Origin: Raillietiella orientalis
Lineage: Eukaryota
Assembly (NCBI GenBank): GCA_036172245.1
Contig: JAYWIR010000034.1
Coordinates: 186,001-250,000 of the forward strand
Direction of reading: 5' to 3'
Length of the DNA stretch: 64,000 bases
Made by a program: the position numbers and the translations under genes. The notes beneath the pieces were generated by a model. The model did no database searches. It saw only the letters and a list, made by a program, of their open reading frames with translations, and was not told the DNA's origin. Positions 26,300-38,800 of the stretch are shown here, one piece after another. Position 1 is the first letter of the stretch, and each line of letters begins with the position of its first letter.

Positions 26300-28750
26300 T
26301 GAAAAATTTCCCTTACCCCGACACCTCTGAATACCCTATCGGTATTGCCACCTGTGCTGGTGACGAGCCGTATAGAGCCTTGCTCTTCTTTCCTTGAGTT
26401 GGCTGAAGAGCTTCTCGCTTTCCCGGTCGCGGAGATCGTCGAGTGGGAGAACTTCTAGAGCGTGCCAGCTACATGACCGTGGAGCTGCTATCGTGCGTGT
26501 TGTCTGGTGGATGAAAATCCGGGACTTCTGTGTAAGGTTTCTCTGGTCTTCCTCGCGTATAAGGAAATGCACGAACGTCCATGCAGCCTACGAAGAGTGT
26601 GTCCACGCTATTCTTAGGGTAGCCAGTCTTTTTGATGGGCATCCGGGATCCTCAAGGAGTCCACTGACTATATTAAACAGAGATGGATGCAAATTATGGA
26701 CCTATTCAGAGCAACGTGGACATTGAATGGGGTTCCTGGCTGTGGGGGAAGGAAGAAAAGAAACGCAGGGAAGGAATGATAATCAAGTTAGGAACTTTCG
26801 TTACAGTGAAAAATCAGACCTCTGTATCTAACGCTCCCGCATGCTTGCGCTGGGAGTTCAGGCACACGGTTGGTACTGCAGCGTCGATGTGTTCCATGGA
26901 CGTTTCGCAATGCTTCTAACATCTTGCTGTATGCTGTACCCCTTCAAGACCACGTTCCTATCCTTTGCAGCATGAAGATGTTAGGGGACTCCCTCTTCAG
27001 ATTATCGCTATGCTGCCTGAGAGAAGCAGTCTTAGTGGGGTGAGTACTGTGGCGGACGACAGGGTCTCCATTGTAAATGAAGGCTGCATCAGGTCTTGGA
27101 AGCTAAGTGGCCCAGTTCTCTTGAGATGCGTTGTCAACCGACTTGCGATCGGAGCCCTCTCTCACCTCCTCTGAACTACTTGGACTGGAATGATGGAAAT
27201 CCTTTGGGTTCTTCTTTTTCTTTTGTCTTCGCTGTTTTTTCCTTCCAACTTTTTTTTTGGGGGGGAGGGGGTTCTTTTTTTGTTTTTGCTGATGTACTTT
27301 CCTTTTGGTACGGTGTCTCGTTCATCCAGACTGTAGTCTTAAATACAAAAACAAAACCACCGTTTGTTGGTGTCGGATGCATAGGCAGGAACTGTCTGGA
27401 AAGCGTCAAAGGATTCTCACGAGCTCATGGGAGAATATACAATAGTCATGGACGATTTCCATCCTTGTAGCCGCATTCCCAGAGTCCATGGACTTTACTG
27501 GGATCTGAACTCAATCTGCTCAGGATCAGTCCAGTCGCAATGGTTGGAGACTGCTGAAGGTTCGGTTGTACTAGAGATGTAGAGGAAGAGCGGTTTTTGA
27601 ATTTCATCCATAGATGCCTTTGCTCTTCCAAGATTCTGAACAGACCTGCTATTCTTCTGTTGGGAATCTGCGATGAACGTCCCTTCGTTCACAGCTTCCT
27701 GCTGCCATGCTTATAGTTCACCGGATGGATATCGATAGATGTCGCTGCTGCTGCTATGCTGGATCCACAAGTTGCATAGCAACTCAATGCAAGGAATTTC
27801 AACCTGCTTTGACTATGAGGTGGCAGGGATGTGGATGCTTTGATGCCCGCAACCTTCTTCAAAATGGACCTTCCGAGGCGGTATCAACGTTTATTCTAGA
27901 GGCTAAACATCAGACGTAGTCTTTGGCATTGTAACCACAATTCTACGCCCTCCAGCGTCCGGGATACTCCTTAGTGAATATTGAACAGCTTCTGCGATGC
28001 AAAGGGAACCTGCGGGCGTTCTCAAATATTCAGAGGAAACGCCATAAGATGGATCCTGTGAGCCTGTTTTTCCCATGACTTTCCAGCTGAGGCGACCATA
28101 GACTCTTCTTGCCTGTTTGTCCTCACGGCTGTGAACCTCTGGGTCAACGGAAAGAAATCATCGAGGGAGAGTGACAGGGTCAACGTGGGTAGCATTAAGA
28201 GGAAAACCTTCCGCGTGGGTCTCCATCTCCTGTTTGAAAGGGAAAGATGTAGGAGAGACCAGAGTGTGTGTTCAAACCAAACTCGTGTATAAAACACTGA
28301 ATCCAGACTGCCTCTCTTCTGGGTCCCTTGCCTCACTTGACCACCGTGCGTAAGATGGATCCCTGAAACAAATACCAGTTGGTCATTCGTTTCTCACCGA
28401 GTGCAAATAACTCCAGTAGACCTAAGCGTTCCAGAAGCTCTCTATTTAAGAAGTTCCAAAGCTACTCATCAGACCGACTGCAACCATTCCCAGGATCTTC
28501 TCTGTCTCGACTGTGTTCTGGTTGTCTTTTTTCTTTTTATCTGCTCCTAAGATCAGGGCATCCTCCTGATGAAAGTCAAGCCAACTCCGAAAGTTGTCCT
28601 GCCTGCTAGGGCTCATGGTCCAATTCATTGGCTCCTCGAAACACTTTCCACTCGGTGGCGCTGATGCTGCATGAAATTCTTCATCGGGAGCATTCACGAG
28701 ATCCATGCATCAGTGTGCTCAAAGTTCTCTGAGCAGAGGACTTATGAAAC
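26300..28750 (-). mobile_element. Heavily decayed non-LTR retrotransposon (RT, possibly followed by RLE)
   Basis: Degenerate RT motifs appear in the expected order on the minus strand: GKCFEE...SWLDF (~28650-28580), QVRQG (~28336), SLDDFF at the YADD position (~28165). An RLE-like stretch lies near 26400-26550. Many stops and frameshifts. Confidence 0.4.
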
Positions 28751-28849
28751 GTGTTCTGGTCTCCGCAGTGCGTAGCATCATCGTCTTCTCTAAGCCGTAA
28801 TCCCCGTCCAACCACCGGGGGAACGCAGTTCCTCAGAGGGGAACAGAAA

Positions 28850-29350
28850 GAAGCCACTGCCCCCGCCCAATCCGGTCATTCGATGCCACCTGCATACTTC
28901 GTCCGGGTCATGGAGCTCAAAATGAAGGATCTCTACTTTTTTCCTGCAGGATCTCTTCGGGGAACCTCCGATCATCGGAGAACCCGTTCCATTCAGTCGT
29001 TCCCTACTCAAAGTGCTTGGGGGGAGTAGGTGGAGGACGAGTTTCACACCAGGAGGACGGAGATTGCGCACTAGAATGGCGCGCAGGAGATCGTGCATGG
29101 AATCAACGAGAGACGCATCTCTCATCTTCAGCACTTCCGGCAACCGATATTCAAAGCTGTCTATGGGATTAGAAAACGGTCCATTGAAAGCCCGGGATTA
29201 ACCGAATGTGACAAGAGAAGAGGTTTATGGACCGCAGAGGTGTCTCTTGATCGCAGGAACAGATCTTTTCTGACGATTGTTCAGGAGAAGATGAAGGAGA
29301 CGAAACCCAAGAGGGTGTCCAAGGACCACACGGACCGATCTTGGCCGGCG
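28850..29350 (+). mobile_element. Possible decayed NeSL/R2-group RT thumb/linker fragment
   Basis: 'DLYFFPAG' then 'VEDEFH...QEIVHGI...RGLW' loosely resemble the post-RT region of RLE elements. Confidence 0.3.
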
Positions 29351-29882
29351 GTCTCCAATTCCATCCCTCTTTTAGGAGTTCCTCCTCCTCCAAGGCGGCG
29401 GTCGAAGCCCTCCGGCAGCTTACGAGGAGGCAGAGAGGAGCCTGCAAAAGTCGTCTTCTTCCGGTATTCTCAGTGCCCTCCGTGCAAAGGGGAGAAGGGG
29501 GTGCAGGGAAGGCGGTGCACGTGACCTGAGAACCCTCACGCAAGCACGCCAAGGGAATAAGGAGGGGAGACTGTTTCCGAAAGCATTTCCGGACTCGGCT
29601 TCTTTCTGCCTTTCCCGTTTTGCTCCCGAGGACCGGAGGAGGAGGGATCATGGTAATGGATGGAGGGATTCTTGCCCTCCCTCCATCTCAACCGATCGTC
29701 CTCGCTCACGCGATTAACGCATACCGGGCTTCTCTGAGCGGGACGTAACGCATCCGCCCGCGAGATAGCAGGCGCGTCGAAACGCGCGGAGGTGGGGGGA
29801 GGCTAGGAAGCCGCGCGCGCGCGCCGCCGCAGGGAAGGCAGTGAAGCGTCGGCTTGCGTTCCGTGCGGCTGCGTGTGCGGCC

Positions 29883-32800
29883 ATGGAGGAGGAGCTGCGG
29901 TGCGCCGCGTGCAAGCAGCGCTTCAGCTGCCCGGTGCTGTTGCCGTGCCACCACGCGGTTTGCCTGGGGTGCCTGCCGCAGGGAGGCGCCCCGGCCCCCT
30001 GCCTCCCCCCGTCGGAGCCTGCGGCTCGCTCGGACGCCTCTGACTCGGACCTCGCTTCCCTGTGCAGCGAGGCCGACAGTGGGGTCGCGTGCTCCCCCAG
30101 CAGGCCCAGCAGCTACGCGGGCAGCCCGCGCGCCGGGGCCCCGACCGGTTTCCCCGCGGGCGGGGAGGGCCTCCTCGCGTGCCCCACGTGCTCCCTGCCG
30201 GTTCTCGTCCCCGACCCGAGCACTCTGCCCCGGTACCGCCTCCTGCAGAACGTGGTCGACCGGCTCGACGACCGCTGCGGGCTTAGAGTCGCCTGCCAGC
30301 TTTGCGAGGAGGGCGGGTCCGCACGGCCCGCGGCTGTCTTCTGCGAGCAGTGCGAGATCTTCTACTGCGAAGAGTGCCGGATAGAGCTGCACCCGGCCCG
30401 AGGTCCGCTGGCCAGGCACGTGCTGTCCACCCCGGCGGAGGGCAGGGCCCGCCTCCGAGAGCAGCCTGCCCACTGCCCCGACCACAGGCAGCAGCCCCTC
30501 GCCGCCTTCTGCGTGGCGCCCTGCCAGGTGCCCGTCTGCCGGCTGTGCGTCCGCGGGGGGGCCCATGCGGCCCATGACGTCCGCGAGCTCGCAGCCGCCT
30601 GCAAGCTGCTCAAGGTAAGCCACTCCCTCCGGAGAGTGTGTCCCCGCGAGTGGTCCAGGGAGGGAAGGGGGATCTTCCCTAGCCCTCCGCCATTTCTCCC
30701 CATAGGGGGGCGGGGGCGCAGCATTGTTGCGGGGAAAACTCGCTCCGCGCCTACCCCCCGTGCCCACCCACCGCGTCTCCTTGGAAACGCGCGCCGCGTT
30801 CAGGCTGGCACGTGCGTCCCTTCCCCCCCTGTCCACGTCTTTGAAGATATCTCGGTCGTGCGTGGTGCGACCTACTCCTTTCCTTCTCCCCGTCCCCACT
30901 CCACGCGATCGCCTCCTTGCAGCACGCGGCTGCTAGGTCGGGTCAGGTGAACGCGAGTCCCCCTCCCCCCCTTTCGCACCCCGAGGGGGAGGGAGGCTGC
31001 TCTTCTGCGTGTGCTCCTTTCGGAGGCGGCCGTTAGGAGACATGCGCGAAGGCGGGCGAGCGCGGGGTGGACCTCGTTCCGACACACACCCTCGGGTGTC
31101 CTAGGGGAGAGCTCGGCGACGGGCGAGCGTCCCGGGTATACCTCGGGGAGGAAAGGGGAGTCCTCTCGACGGAGGTCATGGTTTCTTCTGCGCACCGCCG
31201 TCGCCAGGGAGCCCGGATGCGCCGTGCTCTCTTCTTCCCACTTTCTCGCTCGGCGGGATCCAGAATTCCCAGCGACGCGAAGGAGGATTCTGCGTTTCCC
31301 AGCCCTTTCCGTGATGAGGAGGGGAGGAGGGAGTCTCGCTTGCCCTCCCCACTCCAGAAAGTGGGCGGCTCGTCTCCCCTCCTCTTTCCAACCCTCCCTT
31401 CTTCCTCCCCTGATTTGGATCGGCCCCGCTGGCGCCTGCGAGCCGTGGTGGGAGCGGAAGGGTGGAGGTGCTCTTCGTCTTTCCCAGCTTCCCCATCTCG
31501 TCGATGATGTGGCGTTCCCTCGGGAGGGGGAAGCTGCTAGCCTGCGGTTCCTCGGCGCATCCCAAGGGTGCTGTGCCCCCCCCCCCTCCCCATCTTCCCC
31601 TTCCTCTCGCGAGACGCAGTGCTGCCAGGCGCATTCCCTCCTCCCTCCCTGCCTGTTTTTTGCTTTTGTGTATTTCCTCTCTTTCGCCCAATCCCGTCGT
31701 TCCTCCGACAGCAGGGGGCAGGACGGGCCCTTCTCGTTCCTGGGTCTCCCCCACCTCATCTTTTCTTGTCCCACCACCTACCGCCTTTCCTTCCTTCCTG
31801 TGTTGCAGGCGGAGCTGTCGAAAAGCCTTCAGCAGCTGTCCGAGAGGGCCAAGTCGACCACCGAGCGCGTGCAGAGCCTGAAGGCCGCCTCCGGGAAGAT
31901 CAGGGTGAGCTTCCTTCCCCCTCCTGCAGCCGGAGACCGCCCCCCTCTCCCGGGAAGCGAGCGCGGAGGAGGAGGGCTGCTGCTCCTTTTCCCGCCCGCC
32001 CCCGCGGCGCCAGTCGCAAGCCCGGAGGGAGGAGGAGGAAGTCGGGATGCCTTCCCAGGAGACCCTCAGCTTGGGAGGGGGGGGAGACGGAGGCCAAAGG
32101 GAACGGAAGAACGGATCCCGGCCGCGGGCTTCCCGGGGTGAGGCAGGATTGCGGCCGTTGCCTCGGTTACGCCACCGGACCGGAAGGTTCCTCGGGGTTC
32201 CGGAAGGATACTGCGATCAGGGTTAAGCTCGGACTCTCCCCCCTCATCCCGGAGGAGGGAGGAGAGGGGAGGGTCACGCCGAGATCTCCCCTCCCTCCTT
32301 CCCCTGGTGGAGTCTCCTCCCTAGTGGGAGATCCCCCCCCCCCAAGTCCCCGGACAGTTGTCGCCCCGGGGATGGAAGGGCCACGCCTCTCACTCACAAG
32401 CAGCCGAATGCCTCTTTCTGACCCCGACGCGTTGTCTCCAGACGGTGCGGAGGTAGCGAGGTTGCCTTTCGGTTGCCATCACGACGGGACGGAAAAGAGT
32501 GGAGGGGCGATGGCACTGCCTGCTCTCCCCCTTGGAGGACGGGAGCGCCGCCCGGTCGTTCCGCCTCAACGGGAAGCGCGCGGCCGAGCTTCCTTTCCCT
32601 CCTCCCCCCTTCCCTCAGGCACCCCTGGAGGAAGGAGGAAGGGAAGAGTTCCGTAAGGGCGCGAAATTTCCCCTCGGGGGAGGGGACTCTGGGGGCGCGC
32701 GCACCCCAGAGAGGCTCCTGCGGAGGGAGCTCGCGGTCCTCTCTTTACGGCGAGGACGCCCCTTGGTCACGAGCGAAGTCGGCGTGGGGGGAGGAAGAGG

Positions 32801-35800
32801 GAGGGTAAAGGTGGCGTTGGCCCGCCCCCTTTCCCCGCCGATCCCTTGACGCCTCCTCTCCCTCACTCCACGGGACGTCCTCGGACTCCTCTTTCCCGTC
32901 CCCCAGGCAACGGGGAGGAAGCAGCAGCAGCCAGGGGTGCCGCTGCCAGCTCCTTCCTTTCATCCTCCCTCCGTCTGCCCCCACCTGCGACCCTTCCGTT
33001 CGTGCAGTAGTCCCTCCTCCCGCACCTCCGGAAGACCGACGGTGCCTTCCTTGGGGCGGGGCATCCCCCGCATGACCGGTGGTGCTTCGTGACGACCGCC
33101 CTCCCTCCTTCCCTCACAGGAGAGCTGCAGCGCCGCGGAAGCTGCCACCGTCCGGGAGTGCGACCGGCTGATCGGCCTCCTGCAGAGCAAGAAGGCGGAA
33201 TTGGTCGAACAGATACTCCAGGCGAGGGACGGGAGGCTGCAGCGCCTCAGGGAGCTGCAGGTCAACCACTCCAGTCGGTTCCAGCGGATCACCGGCCTCC
33301 TCCATTTCTGCATCGAAGCCCTGAAGGAGCCAGACGCGCTGGCCTTCCTGCAGGTCCAGAGTCCCGGGATCCTCCCCTTCCGCCTTCTTTGACCCCGCGC
33401 CCCCCTCAGGCAGCAGACGCGCTCATCCAGAGGGTGGCATCCGCCAAGGAGTTTTGGTCCCAGGAGGAGGAGATGGTCCGCAAAGAGTCGGCCTGCGTTA
33501 ACCTGACCTTGGACGATAAGCCTCTGCAGAGAGCCATTCGCGAGCTGACTTTCGCCCAGACGAAAGGTAAGCGGGGGGCAGGAGCGAGGTGGGGCCTTCC
33601 CAGTGCTGCGTCGCGTGGAGGGAGCTGCGCACATTAGGAGGCTTCCGTTGGGATGCGCGGGCAGGAAAGGAAGCCGGGGGCGAGGGGTTGAGCCGGACGT
33701 GACCTCATAGCAAAACGGTCTGCCTGCGAATCCTCGGTTTCGGGAGGGGAGCGCTCGTCACACGCGCCCACTTCGCGTGGGGAGAGGGAGAGGGAGGGTC
33801 GCGAGCTCCGGGGGCGGGGGAGGAAAGGAGGGAGAGGGACGCTTTCTCCCGTGAGAACGGTAGTTCTCGCTGGACACCCTGTGGGGCAGGATCGAACAAG
33901 AGGCGCGCAGGGGGTCATCCCCTCTCTGCTGGCACGTGGACCCCCACAAGGAAGCCGCGGAGAACGTCCGTCCGGTGGGACCTTCCCCGGCGGTGGGACG
34001 TCTGGCAGGAGGGAGAGGGGTTCTCGCGACGGGTGAGCAGGAAAGCGGGGAAGGGGGAGGGGTTCTTCCTAGGGGGAGGGGGGATGAGCGCGGGAGGCCA
34101 GCATTTCGGGTGCCCGGCACGCAGACATAGGCGGTCCCCTGGGCCTGGGACTCTCGCAGCCTGTTCATTGCGGGAGTACTTGCCCCTCCTGGAAGGGTGC
34201 GCGTGGGGCATCCCTTCCTCCTCTCCCCCTTCCGTTCGCACCCTCGACTTTCCCATGCATCCCGGAACCACGAGCGCCCCCTCCCCTCCCCCCCTCGTCG
34301 CCGGGTCTCCCTTTCTTTCTCTTCCCTTTCTGACCCCTTTTCTTCTTTTTTTTTCTTTTTCAAGCATCGCAGGACGGGAGCAGCAGCATCCACGTATCAG
34401 GTAACTTGGTGCGTCCGGGAGGGGCAGGGAGGGGCGGTGCCTTGATCTTTCACAAAAATTCCGTTCGTTGCCTCCCCCGCGTCTCCAGGAGACGGCGACC
34501 TCCTCTCCCCTTCCCTTTTTTGGTAGGGTCCCGTCGCCACTCCCCCCTAACGGTGGGCTTTTTCTTGCCCCTCCCCCCTGCAGGCCCACCTGCCCATTGA
34601 TGGAGCTCCTGGAAGGCGATAGAGGGTGGGGTGGGGCTGGTCGTGGGTACCTGACAGAAAAAACCTACCCGCGGTCACCGCACTCCACCAGCTCCTCCCG
34701 GAGTAGGAGGACGGGATGAGGGCCTCCTCCCCGCTGTCCGGATCCCCTCGGCGCCTGCCGAAGCGATCACCCGGGATTTCTTCGCGGTCATCCATCCTTC
34801 TTCTCCATCCGGTCGCGAGGGAGGAGAGAGCTCCTGGCGGCGCCAGCAGCCCTCCGGAGTGGGCGCGAGGGGAACTCGGGACGACTTCCAGCCGCGCGTT
34901 CTGGCGCTTTGTTATCCGCCGACCCCCAGTAGGGTCGTTGCTTGTGAGGGTGTGCCTCCCGGGAGAAGGGGTGGGGAGGGTTGGGGTGGGGTGGGGTGGA
35001 GAAGACGGCAGCGGTGCGAGCGCTCTCGGCTCGACGTGTGCGAACACGATTCGTTCGCCGGCAGCGCCAGAGCTCATACGTTTCTATATTTGGTCGAGGA
35101 GGAGCGGGAAGGGAAGGTGAAGGGAGGAAGGAGGGGGGGGGGGGAAGGGGAGCGCGCGCGCGCGCCCGCCCAGCAGCCAGCAGCCCGGTGCAACGATCTC
35201 GAGGAGCGCGCGATTCAGCCGAGGATGGGCACGCGATAGCGCCGTCTCGCGCCCGCCCGTGCAGCGGCGGAGGCGCATACGCGCTCGCGAGCGTTCCCGA
35301 AGCCGCGGGCTCTGGCTGACGGTTCCTCCCCTTCCCTCTCCTCTCCGCCGTCGCGATTTCCCCGGACGACGACGGCATTGTCTTCGGCGGTGGCGGCGGC
35401 GGCGGCGGGCACCGTTTCTTGCAGCCGGGGTCCCAGATCCGGCTTCTCTCGGCGGAACCTGCTCTGGCTTCAGGGAAACAAAGCAGGAGGAGGAGGAGGA
35501 GGAAAAAAAAAAGACACGGGAGAAGCAGAAAACCCAGAAGAAGACGCAGCTTCCGCCAATCGGTTGCCGGGGCGTGCGGTGAATTTGGCCGTGACTCTCC
35601 GGCTGCTCACCCAGTGGCTGCCGCCGGGGACGGAGACGCCGGGTCACGCGTCCCGATGCTACGGCGGCCGAACGCGCTTTCCGGGCGGGGAGGTGGAGGG
35701 GTCATCGTCAGGGAGGAAGACCCCGACGAGTGCGCAGACCCGGGGAAAGTCAGCCGCGCGTCCGCCCGCAGGGAGGTCGCGGGCACGGTTACAGGGAGCA

Positions 35801-38800
35801 TCGAGAGTGCTCCTTCCCTGTTCCGTCTCCTCCTCGCTCCGGGTCCGCGAAAATCTCCCCTGCTGGTGCGCGCACGCCACCTGGCGCTCGGTCAGTGTTC
35901 CAGCGGCACCTCGCGGCGCCTCTGGAGATTAGGAAGGAAGGCTAGCAGAGCGCTGTCTGCGTGAAAGGCGACCCACGCGCCTGTTCCATTGATTCGTCGC
36001 CGAGGCCAGCCGGGAGGGACGCGCTTCGTCGCTCGGGGGCTTCCCGCACGCTGCAGACGGGCGGATCCCGTCCAGGAAGCAGCTGCTGGAGGGTTGTCTT
36101 TCGTCGTGGGGATCACCGAAATGCGGGCAATTAGGTAGTTCTCCGGACACGCACGGAACGCTCCTCCGATCGCGCGCGAGGATCTTCCAAGGGCGGTCTC
36201 CATGATTCCAGAAGGGAGAAGGAGGCGAGGGGCAGTTGGTGGTGTGCGTCCGCGCCTTTCGGCGGCTCTCCCGACGTTCTCCTCAGCTGCGGTGGCCCAA
36301 GCCCGCACCCACCCCCGCGTTGACGGACGCAGAATGGCAGCATGGTGGTCGCCCGACCTACTCGTCCCGCGCTCGAGTGGGACGTGGTGATGCCTACGAG
36401 AAAAAACCCCAACGGGAGGCGCGTGGGAAGTCCCTTCGCGCACGCGTTCGCTTTCTCTCAGAAGAGAGCGTGGGGCTTCGCTTCGCCTGCTGCGGCGTGC
36501 GTGCGGAGAGAAGGCTTTTGTTTCCTTGGTCCTCGCCGTCGGACGCGTGCGGAACGGTCCCATTCTCCAGCCTCCGCAATTCCCGCCGCTTTTGTCTCCG
36601 CCATATTTGCGCCCCGGCGCGCAGCGGGGCCGAATGGGAACGCACGGCGGCAGCGGCATCCTGCCGTCGCGCGAACAAGAAGCGGCCCACCGCTGCTGGT
36701 CCGCGTACCAGCGGTGTCCCTGCGAGTCCCGGGAGTTCCACGCCAGCATCCCCGGGCACAGCTCTGCATCTCGGGTGCGGAAACTTGTGCTGGCGACCGG
36801 TGTGCACCAAAGGTGCAATCGGCACTCGACAGGCATCGAGTGGGCGTTCCCAGCGAGCGGAGCAAGAATCGCTTCTGCCCCTCGAGCGAGTGGGTCCGTT
36901 AGTGGATCACATCCCTCTGCAGTTTTCCCCTGATCCAGGGAACGCAGAATTCCTCGTTTCATCCTTGCGAACCAGGCGCGAACAGAAGTCACGTCGTCGG
37001 AGGCGCGTCGGGCACGCGCGGAGGGTTTCGAGCGCCGCGTGCGTCGATGGACGCGACTCGCTCGAGCTGGTGGCGCCTACGCTTCGCCCGACCCCCTGGT
37101 GCTGCTCCGCGCCATTGGAGCAGCGGCGGCATGTCTCTCTTCGGGTACTTGCATGCTTCAAGATCACGTGATGCGTGTCCCGAGCGCAGCCCGGTGATGA
37201 CGGGCGCCGCAGTTCGAGCGCCTCGGCCAGCGCCTTTAATTCTCTTCCTGTCTTTTGCTGCGACGGAAACCGTGCCGGGAGCGAGCAGCTCGCTGCTGAT
37301 CCCAAACTGCGTGTTGCAGTCGCTGCGCGGCCTTTTCTTGCTCTTCAAAACGCAGCAGCTTTGATTTCCCAGGAAATGCGTTCCAGGGCGCACGAAACTC
37401 AAAAGCCGGTTGCCGTGGTGCTCGCTCAAGAGCCGGTCGCCGTGTCTCACGTCCCAGTCGCGGATTCCTCCGATGTCGGACGAGCAGGCGCCCTCCCTCA
37501 TTAATGTTGCATCAGAGAACGTAACGTTTAGATACATCGGCAAGCAGGTTGCTGAGTCCCTCGGGGAAATCGACCCTTATCATGCAACGCGCGCCGCCCG
37601 TGCCACCCTCTTATGGATTCCGGATACGGGGATGCCTTTAGCTCTGGTCTGCTCTTGGTGCAAGTGATTAGCCGTCGGATCCTGAGGCAACCAGACGCCA
37701 GCCAGCGGAATGGGTCTTTTTGCTTGCATTTGCCCCCGTGTCCTCTCGCTGACCATTTCTGCCCGTTTCTCTTCCTTCAGTTCCTGCACCGCCGACCATA
37801 CTCCTCGAAGGATGCAGCTCTGAAAACAACAACCTAACCATAGCGTGGTCTCCTCACGCGGAATCCATCGCGGAGGGCTTTATACTGGAGCTGGATGACG
37901 GCAGTGGTGGATCGTTCAAGGTATGTCGTTCGCAAGGCTCGAGGGTCGCCTGGAGACGCCTCCTTCCCCGCTCCGGTGCGAGGATTCGCTGCAGATGGCG
38001 CGCGCGTCGCAACCGATGTTTGCGCAGCTGAGGTGTAGGCGCACGTGCGTGGCAAAACCCTGTGCTCCCATGTGCCGGTCGGTCAGAGCATCCCTTTTGG
38101 AGATCTCACGCTGGATCCGGAACTTCGAATGATACTTTGCTGCGGGCATGCCTGCCTGCTGGTTGCGAGTCGAACTGGAAAGAAAGATCACATTCGTAAG
38201 CCCTGCTGCTGGGTGCAGCTGCTCGCTTCTTGCTAATCCCTCAGTGCGCGTAGCTGCAAACCGGGGAAGAAGAAGAAAAGATCCATAGCAGGGAGAAGGG
38301 GAAGGCAGGATCGACAGGCACATGTGTTTACGCGTAGTCCTGGTACTTGCCTCCTTGCGCCTGTTCTTTTACATTGACATTCCTTTACGCGATCCACGAT
38401 GGGCTCGGCAAAGCTTCACTCCGAAAATGGATGAACAAATACACAGAGATAAAAAAAGAAAAAAAGTGGGAGGGGGCCTGATAAGACCCCCTCCCTTTCC
38501 ATGGTTTGTTCCACGAGTCTGTGTCATTCGCAGCGTGGATCCAAGTCGGAAAGCTGCGCCTCACATTTCGGAGGTTCGGTCCCAGGTCGCTGCCGTGCGA
38601 TCGGATGAAAGGTCCGCGCTCTTCTGGTGGTCGCCTTGGGGACTCGTAGTCGAGTGGAGTAGGGAGCTGCCGTGCCGACGTGCATGCTGCCTTCGTCCGA
38701 TGAGTCAGACTTCGGAGCGGATGCATTAGTGCCGTCCATGGCAACGGGTTCCTCGCAACTCCTGACGCCCCACCAAATCGAGAAACGCAAGTAGCCGCCT

